Assembly: GCA_964016885.1 (NCBI GenBank) | Contig: OZ024758.1 | Location: 21,948,001-22,012,000 of the forward strand | DNA from: Eledone cirrhosa | Lineage: Eukaryota | Length of the DNA stretch: 64,000 nt | Direction of reading: 5' to 3' | Shown here: positions 53,489-64,000 of the stretch, one piece after another | How positions within the stretch are numbered: position 1 is the stretch's first letter | How the letters are laid out: the number at the start of each line of letters is the position of its first letter | Made by a program: the position numbers and the translations under genes | The notes under the pieces: generated by a model | The model's database searches: none | What the model was told of the DNA's origin: nothing | Seen by the model: the letters and a program-made list of their open reading frames with translations, nothing else

Positions 53489-53935
53489 TGTGCGTGTGTG
53501 TGCGTGTGTGTGTGTGAGAGGGTGAGAGTGTGTGTCCGTGTCTGCGTGTAAGTGTGTGTGTATGTATATGTTTATTTATGCATGTATATATATGCATGTA
53601 TATATATATATATATATGTGTATATATATATATATAATATATATATATATATACATGTATATATGTATGTATGTATATATGTATATATATATATATGTAT
53701 GTATATGTATATATGTATATATATATATATATATGTATGTATATATATATGTATGTATGTATATATGTATGTAATTATATATGTATGTATATAAATATAT
53801 GTATGTATATATGTATGTATGTATATAAATATATGTATGTATATATGTATGTATGTATATATATATATATATACCAGTAGCACCAACTGGTGACCTGACA
53901 TAATATATATATATATATAAATATATATATATATT

Positions 53936-54545
53936 ATGTCAGGTCACCAGTTGGTGCTACTGGTAACATGTATCCCAGTACAACCTGTCTCATGGTCGGG
54001 TCGTTGGCGACTAAACTGGCAACCCCACCAAGGTTTCTTGGTGAGGAGGGTGACTTTGGACATCCTGCAGGACTAAAAACAAAACCTGTCAAAGGGCAAG
54101 GGAGCTCTTAAGACTCAATAGCCATCCAAAATCACCGGGAGAGATGACCCCTTAGCCTTTGTCAAGGCAGAATTCTAGGAGAAGGAAAACTCTGATATAA
54201 CACCTGCAACCCTGATGGTATCCAATGATGTTGACTTGTTCTTCTTTTTGGTAAATATCATCTTGGTTAAGAGAGTGGGACTGGCTTTGTGCAGTGCCTT
54301 TGCTCACTATAAAAGCTTCACAGCACAGGCATTGCTTTATATCTGGAGATCTCTCTGCACTTGTCATCACATGGTACCATGGGCCCTGCACTATGTGTCA
54401 ATAATGGTCACAAGTGTAGTCTTTGTACCAGAGTTTTCAAGTCGCTGGCTGGACTAAAAAGTCACATTCGTTCAGCGCATCGGTAGGGATTCTCCTACAT
54501 GGATATAAAGTAGTGGCCGTACTCGAAAACGAGTTGGCAGCCACC
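53936..54545 (+). mobile_element. ~610-bp non-coding interspersed element resembling an RTE-clade 5' UTR
   Basis: A second copy is present in the window. CTAGGAGAAGGAAAACTCTGA is recalled from invertebrate RTE 5' UTRs. The element is flanked by (TA)n. Confidence 0.7.
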
Positions 54546-54708
54546 ATATATATATATATATATATATACACACAGTATATATATACAGTATATTTATATA
54601 TATATATACAGTATATTTATATATATATACAGTATATTTATATATATATATACAGTATATATATATATATATATATATACAGTATATATATATATATATA
54701 TATATACA

Positions 54709-54774
<66 letters not shown>

Positions 54775-54921
54775 ACTCAGGAAACTGAGATAACTTCGAT
54801 ATAAAACCTGCCGCTCAGTAGTTACCGATGATGTTGATATTTTCTTCTTTTGGGGTTATAGCTACTGTCGCTCAGAGAGTGGGATTGGCTCAGTGCACGA
54901 TAGAATTAATTGATAATTATT

Positions 54922-55104
54922 AATAATTGTTTCTACTTTTGGCACAAGGCCAGCACTTACCCAGTACATTACTGGTATTTTATTTTATCGACCCTGTAAG
55001 AATGAAAGGCAAAGTTAGCCTCGGCGGGATTTGAACTCAGAATGACAAGGGCCGTAACTCTATACGTCAAAGCATGGCGTCCGACCCTCTACCGATACTG
55101 CCAA
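54922..55104 (-). mobile_element. SINE family A
   Basis: Reverse complement of the consensus. Confidence 0.92.
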
Positions 55105-55158
55105 ATAATGGTATATCGTGCAATGGCCATACTCGATAACGAGGGGGAAGCCATAATG

Positions 55159-55237
<79 letters not shown>

Positions 55238-55311
55238 CATATATACATATATATACATATATACATACATATATATGTATATATATGGCAATGCTCGAAC
55301 ACAAGTTTGCA

Positions 55312-55367
<56 letters not shown>

Positions 55368-55439
55368 AAAGTTCTACATTTGAAATATGTATAATGAATA
55401 AATATGGTTTTATAAATATAGTTTCCATTTGTTAATATC

Positions 55440-55440
<1 letters not shown>
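55368..55440 (+). mobile_element. Family H internal-deletion derivative (both ends kept, hammerhead core lost)
   Basis: TGTGTGT-AAAGTTCTA is joined directly to TTGAAATATGTATAATG...TTAATATCG-(TA)n. Confidence 0.8.
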
Positions 55441-55475
<35 letters not shown>

Positions 55476-55629
55476 TTGTGTGTTTGTGTGTGTGTTTTAA
55501 ATGGACTGTACTTATCGTGGAGTCAGGTTTCCTTTAAAAGCATCGATTACATTACATAGAGTTGGATATTTTACATAAATCTGTCCATGACATGTATTCA
55601 GCATATGTATTCAGATATATGAATAGTCC

Positions 55630-56185
55630 AACTGGTTCACTGAGAGTTATCATAGTCTTATGTATAACATCACCATTCACCAACGAAGATTGATGTCGCC
55701 ATAATCCTGGCTTCTGGTTCAGTCCAACTGGAAGCTTGAGCAAGTTTCTCTCACTATAACTCCTGTTTGGCCATTCACGAACGAATATATTGATTTGTCC
55801 ATGGGCTTCACTTCTTCTGGTTCAGTCAAACTGAGTGGGACCTTGAGCAAACCTTGAGCAAGTTTCTCTCACTATAACCTCCGTTTGGTCATTCACCAAC
55901 CAATATATTGGTGTCACCATAGGTCTGGCCTCTGGTTCAGTCTCACTGGAGCCTTGAGCAAGTTTCTCTTACTATAACTTCCGTTTGGTCGTTCAGGAAC
56001 AAATATATTGGTGTCACCATAGGCCTGGTTTCTGGTTCAGTCTCACTGGAAGCTTGAGCAAGTCTCTCTTGCTATAACCTCCGTTTGGTCGTTCAGGAAC
56101 CAATATATTGGTGTCACCATAGGCCTGGCTTCTGGTTAAGTCTCACTGAAACCTTGAGAAAGTCTCTTACTATAACTTCTGTTTA
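55630..56185. repeat. ~98-bp tandem repeat, ~5 copies
   Basis: TCTGGTTCAGTC..ACTGGA.CTTGAGCAAGTTTCTCT.ACTATAAC..CCGTTTGGTC.TTCA..AAC.AATATATTG recurs. Confidence 0.9.
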
Positions 56186-56287
56186 ACTAATGCCGCCTTT
56201 CCAGTGAAGTTTGGTAATCAGCGAGAATTATATGCAGGCATCTCGTATGTATGTATGTTTCTGTGTATATATGTATTTGTGTATATG

Positions 56288-56366
<79 letters not shown>

Positions 56367-56642
56367 ATCTTAGTCTTTCTCATAGTTACACACAAAAAAA
56401 TCTCTGCAAAATGAAAAAAACATACAAAATTATATTTAAAAATACATAAAAATGAAAGACATTCGAAGCAAACTATTACTGCTTATGTTTCCCGCGCTTA
56501 GCTTCATTTTCATCTTGAAGCAGGCATATGCATCTAATGCAATGTATAATAACAAATACTTAAAGTGATCATCGTTTTAATCGCTGCTTCTAATAGCTCG
56601 TTGATGACCGTTTTATCAATATATCATTGCAGTTTAGAAGAG

Positions 56643-56655
56643 GTTGCCTAGCAAC
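56643..56655. promoter_or_regulatory. Canonical RFX X-box GTTGCCTAGCAAC
   Basis: Matches the RFX consensus GTTGCC(N)TRGCAAC, inside a repeat-free island (56400-56905). This is a motif match only. Confidence 0.45.
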
Positions 56656-56925
56656 AGACACAGAGACGGGGTCGGTCTAAGAACATATCATATTTGAAAA
56701 CATAAATGTCAGTGGAGATGTGTTATCATCGTTTTACGATCTACTGAATTCAGGATGTTAATACTACAATAACAGCATAGGTGGGAAGCTATAATTTCGG
56801 ACAAAAACGTAGTCATGGCTTTCTCGCTAGATGAAGTGAAAATGAGGCTGTAACAAAGCTTCCTATATTTATGTTCGGTTGTATTGAAGGGAAATTAGTC
56901 TCAATTTGATTAATTTTTTTTTATT

Positions 56926-56985
<60 letters not shown>

Positions 56986-57002
56986 CATTTATATTTATAT
57001 TA

Positions 57003-57045
<43 letters not shown>

Positions 57046-57113
57046 TATGCATATATTTATTTATATTATGCATATATTTATTTATATTATGTATATATAT
57101 ATATTTATGTTAT

Positions 57114-57163
<50 letters not shown>

Positions 57164-57338
57164 TTTATGCATATATATATTTATATTATGCATATATATA
57201 TATATATATATTTATATTATGTATATATATATATATATATTATGTATATATATATATATATATTATGTATATATATATATATATATTATGTGTATATATA
57301 TATATATATATATTATGTGTATATATATATATATATAT

Positions 57339-57383
<45 letters not shown>

Positions 57384-57535
57384 TCATAAAACATTTTGAC
57401 AAGTTGAGTATGTAAATATATATCAAAGGAAATTACATTGATAGACAGAATTTCAGTATTTGGTACTCTCGAAAAATTATAAATGCAATAAAAATAGTAC
57501 TATTGTTGAATATACGCGTTAAGGCTCATATGTGC

Positions 57536-57646
<111 letters not shown>

Positions 57647-57773
57647 GAGGAGGAAGAGAGAGAGATTTATATATATTATATTATATATGTATATATATAT
57701 AGATATATATATAGAGAGAGAGAGTGAGATTTATATATATATATATTCATAAATATACATATTATATATTATA

Positions 57774-57820
<47 letters not shown>

Positions 57821-58132
57821 TATATATATATAGAGAGAGAGTGTAAGATTTATATATATTTATATATATATATATATTCATATATATACATATATATATA
57901 AATATATATATAGAGAGAGAGATTTATATATATATGAACATTTATATGTATATATATATATATATATATGGGTGGGTTTGTGTGAGTGTGTATGTGTGTG
58001 TGTACGTTTCAATTTAATATATATGCTTCGAAATGTATGTTTTTTATTCAGTTAGTCAACATATTATATTAGGTTTATATATACTCGTGTATATATATAT
58101 ATATATAAATTCTTTTCATTCAGTTGCTCATA

Positions 58133-58186
<54 letters not shown>

Positions 58187-58400
58187 AAATGTAAGTGTTG
58201 ATGTGTATGAAATTGAAGTAAAAGTCACAAACCCATGTACACATACATAGGTACTGAAATCCAGTTATATCTACATACGCGTAAATGATTTACAAATTGA
58301 AGTTGTGTGTGCGTTGGACTGTGTTACTGTATACATATACACACATACATATATATACATATATATATATATGTGTTATATATATATATATATATATATA

Positions 58401-58446
<46 letters not shown>

Positions 58447-58550
58447 TATAAACACTCATATATATATATATAAATACTCACATATATATATATATAAACA
58501 CTCATTTATATATATATATAAACACTCATTTATATATATATATAAACACT

Positions 58551-58625
<75 letters not shown>

Positions 58626-59008
58626 CCAAATAAATCAAAAATCAAAAGAATTTAATATTATTTTGCATTGACTTGCTAAAGAAAAAACCAGAGAAAACAA
58701 GTGCCAATATATTAAACTATAGCTTTAGAAAATATTCTTATTTTCAGTGCAAAGAGTCGGTGGGGAGTGTCTCCAAATAAACAGCTTTATACAGCTTTAA
58801 AATTGAAGTGTTAAGAACATTTAATCTTTTATAAATCCAAAACAGAGTGACATTATATTCATTTCCAACATTTCTGTTTTGATGTGGAACCTAGACATTA
58901 CATTTATTTGCCTACAAAGTTATGAAAGGTTCCAGACATCTAAATCTGTAATGAAGAAATATTTTTATAATTGTGAATTTCCGTCGAGAATTTTTCATCT
59001 TCCAAAAA

Positions 59009-59258
59009 TCTCAAATATATCTTTTAGATTGTACCGAGAGAGAGTCAGTGCTTTGAGAGTTCGTATTATCTTATACGCAGAGAAGACTTACAATATGTAG
59101 CCCCTTTTCTCCTGAATAAAATGAATGGAGTATCTTCTAAGCATCTCAAATATATCTTTTAGTTTGTGTCTAGAGACAGTCAGTGTTTTTTGAGTTCGGA
59201 TTATCTTATAGGCAGAGAAGACCTACAATATATGGCCTCTTCTCTTCAGAATAAAATA
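59009..59258. repeat. ~135-bp tandem duplication, with a third partial copy at 59534-59615
   Basis: TCTCAAATATATCTTTTAG...AGTCAGTG..TT..GAGTTCG.ATTATCTTATA.GCAGAGAAGAC.TACAATAT occurs twice. Confidence 0.8.
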
Positions 59259-60075
59259 AGTGGGCTTAAATGTTGTTTTATGGATGACTTTGTTTGGGGT
59301 TGTGTTAGCTTTAGTTTGTTTTTGGTGTATTTATATTCAGGTTAAAGCAATTTTTGGTTTACAATTTGGCAAGCTGACTAACAAAGTTCTAAACATTTCT
59401 TGCTCAAACTACACTAAGAAAATCCTTTTTCACTACACAGTTCACACTCACACATGTCAAATCACATGACAAGCTTCCACAACGCTGCTGCATGGTGAAG
59501 ATGTTTAGTGGTTAATTTATCGAACATCGGAAACAGTCATTGTTTTGAGTTCGGACTATCTTGTTGGCAGAGCCCTAAAATATATGTCCCCTTTCACCCG
59601 AATAAAATGAATGGGGTTAAATAACTGTAATCCTTAAAGCCCAGTAATGGCCCCCTCTGAACTCTATGCCATATGCTGCTGCCTAGTTGACCTAATAGTA
59701 GCGCCGACCCTGCGTGACTTTAAAAAAAAACAGATCTAGTCCTGTAAAGAAAATGAAGAGGGTTATTCTTGTACCATTTTCACTATGAATTCTTGTATTT
59801 CTTTGGGTCTCGCATCATCCAGATCCCTAATTAATGTCCTGGCGATAATATAGTGTTACCTGGTTGTTTTGAAGTTGAAACATGTGTAGACATTAATAAA
59901 ATGATTTGAGGCTCTGAATTCTTCTATTATAAGTGGTTAATACGTTGAGCTTTTTGGCATTTGGTAATAAACAGACTTTATACCTAATTTATTCTTCACC
60001 TATATAGAGATATAGAGATAGAGAGATATAGAGATATATGTATAAAGATTATAAAGATATATACATACATATATA

Positions 60076-60128
<53 letters not shown>

Positions 60129-60717
60129 ATACACATATATGTACATACATATATATATACATATGTATACATATATATCTATATATCCACACATACATAT
60201 ATATGTATATATATATCTACATACATACACAGATATATATACATACACAGATATATATATACATATATACATACACAGATATATATAGATATATATATAT
60301 ATATATATATAATAGGAACTGATAACAAGATTTCCCATGCCATTTGCATTAGTGAGGTTAATTTATAAGAAATGCTACCAGACTTGAGATAAAGTTTTAG
60401 GAACAAAGAGGGAAACGAAGATATTTTAAAAGGTTCATTGAAAACGGTATCGAAGTAAAGAGAAATTGTACATAGAAAACAGAAAGAGATAGTATATCGC
60501 CGTCGGAGCTTAATTTTATGTTTTATTAGGAGCTTGGAGAGATTCCAAACAGTTTTTCTACTTCATTATCTTTTGAAAGAAGTCTGTGTGAACACAGTAA
60601 GCCACTATGAAACTACTAGCAAGTTTAGGTTTCTGCTTAGTTTTCTGCAGTCACACTAACTTGTACTCTATCAGTTCTTACCTGTTCTGACGTTTAGAGA
60701 TGTAGGTGTAAGAAGAA

Positions 60718-61920
<1,203 letters not shown>

Positions 61921-62055
61921 GACCTATAAATCTGTGATATATGAGATCACGATTTTTCAGTCGGAAACCCGACATTTTATCAATTCCGCTAATGGCAAGA
62001 CATCAGCAATATAGTTAGAGATATAACAATATAGATATATGTAGATGTAGATGTA

Positions 62056-62412
62056 GCATGGCCGAATAGTTAAGAAGTTTGCTTTGTAATCATTAGGTTC
62101 TGGGTTCAAGCGCACCGTGTGACATCTTGTGTATGTACCATTTACCACAGCCTCGGGTAGAAGTCCCTAGCCTTGACAGTAAAATTAGGGAGATGAAAGC
62201 CGTCGTGTGGAATCTATCTATAACTCGAAGAGTTAGCCTTGTCGTACATTATGTTTCACTGAATCTCCCTGAGAATTACGCTATGTGTATACGTGTCTGT
62301 GGAGTGTTCAATCATTTACACATTCATTTCATGATCAGTCTGTTGTGGATCAATAAGATAGACTACACCTCTCCCATGAAATGTGCTGATTTGTGTAAAA
62401 TATAGAAGTAAT
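62056..62412 (+). mobile_element. Old tRNA-derived SINE (composite)
   Basis: A-box TGGCCGAATAGTTAAG and B-box GGGTTCAAGC, with a tail TGCTGATTTGTG..AAAATATAGAAGTAATT resembling the family A tail. Confidence 0.6.
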
Positions 62413-62419
62413 TAGGTTG

Positions 62420-62862
62420 GCAATTGGGTAATGATCGAAAGAATAAGGTCACGAATACTTGCGGCACAAATGCGGTTCCTCTGAAGGGTCTTTGGAGTAA
62501 CGATACTCGATAGAGAGCATAGCTCAGAGATCAGAGAGTCACTCTATGTAGAGCCGCTACTTCTCCGAATTGAAAAATCGCAGCTCCGATACTATGGACA
62601 TGTGGTTAGAAAGTCTCAGGAAATAATCGCTGCACAGATTTTACGGGCAAAACCAACAAACAGGAGACTCAGCGGTAGACCCCCCGAGCAAAGATGGTTG
62701 GATAACATCCATGAGTTTGGCTGGTTTCGCTTGGGGATCCAGCCAGACCAGTTGGAGACGGTTGCTTTTGACAGAACTCGCTGGGAGGAATGTTTGAGGC
62801 CTCTGCCTCACGACATTCTCAGGTATAAGAGGATGAAGAAAGAAGAAGAAGAAGAAGAAGAA
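62420..62862 (+). mobile_element. Rex3/Expander-like (RTE clade) LINE 3' end with (GAA)n tail
   Basis: WVMIERIRSRILAAQMRFL*RVFGVTILDREHSSEIRESLYVEPLLLRIEKSQLRYYGHVVR...KPTNRRLSGRPPEQRWLDNI, with one in-frame stop; ends in (GAA)n. Confidence 0.88.
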
Positions 62863-64000
62863 CTTAACACGAAGGGGTGTCACACTACAGGCAACGTCGT
62901 GAAATTTCGTAAATTAAATCTGTTCAGATCTGAAAACGTCGAACTTCTTTCATACGAGTATGTGAATGTGTGTGTGTGTGTATATATATATGTGTGTACA
63001 TTATATATTATGTATTATATATATATGTGTGTGTGTATATATATATATAAATAAATTAAGTTACTGAGAAGGCCTCAACGTGGTCTCTTGATATGCTTGA
63101 AATAGCAGCCAACTCTCATTATAAAAAAACACACACACACAAAAATGAAGAAGAAGAAGAAGAAGAAGAAGCTTATTCTACTGAATGACACTCTGGTATA
63201 AAACCTATGACCGGAGGACTTCGCTGTCGCCGTCTTAGCTTGCTTAGGCCAGGATAAATGAATCCTGAGTCTAAAGAATGGATTCAGTTCAGCGCTCAGT
63301 GCGCTGACTCGAAGGACATATCCTACGTCACCAACATCAAGCCCTAACTATCGCCTTTAAACATTAAAATGTTTTTCATTTGAAATTCTGGTTCTAATTT
63401 ACAGAGAAGTTGCAGTAACTTTATGGGGGAAACTACAATGGCTAATACTAGACATATCTAATTTGAACAACAAAACTGTGGAAGCTTTGTAAGAACAATC
63501 TTTAATCGATTTATATTCTTATTTTAAATTATCACACGAAGTTATTTCCATAGCTTCAAACAAAAAGGAAAAGATAAAGTTACATAGCAGAAATCGGACT
63601 CGACTTTCTATTAATTGAAGCCATCTTCAACATATATATATACGTTTTTTATGTACAATATATAATGGCATTATATAATGTTTAAAAGAATAGAAAGGAA
63701 ATAATTCTATTGCTGTAATGGTTTAGAAAAAATAAAGAAAACTATTATATAGATGCTATTTTATACAGTTTATACTGTTTATAGATATATGATATGATAT
63801 GAAGACGTAGGGCAAGCATATATAATCAGGAAAGCAAGCAAAGCTAACGTTCCTTTCCTGCTTTCGTATCGATGCATTTGAAATCTGTCAATGGTAAATA
63901 AAACGATGTAGCAGAAAGTCAGGCAGCCATGTTTGGTTGACTCGTATAAAGTAAAATAGACATCAAACTAGAGATGTAGACAAATAAACCTTTCTCCGTC

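Overview
AT-rich eukaryotic genomic DNA dominated by microsatellites ((TA)n, (TG)n, (GA)n, (CATA)n, (GATA)n, (GAGT)n and trinucleotide tracts). The SINE family and repeat style suggest a coleoid cephalopod, most likely an octopus; this is inferred from recalled repeat sequences, not from a search. No host protein-coding gene can be supported. Almost all ORFs in the track are microsatellite translations, and the only real coding remnants are non-LTR retrotransposons: R4/Dong-like CCHC plus restriction-like endonuclease, Tx1/L1-like C-terminus, and RTE/BovB- and Rex3-like RT fragments. The window also holds about 12 copies of one SINE family, one hAT-type MITE and about a dozen minisatellites. 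The most notable signal is a ~230-bp non-coding element inserted in (TA)n tracts. It carries a complete minimal type I hammerhead ribozyme whose 65 nt are identical in three copies, and further degenerate hammerhead and HDV-like motifs occur nearby. Other notable signals are recurrent foldback palindromes inside TA tracts, apparent partitioning of different microsatellites among retroelement clades, and a 17/85/255-bp hierarchical satellite inside a dead LINE.
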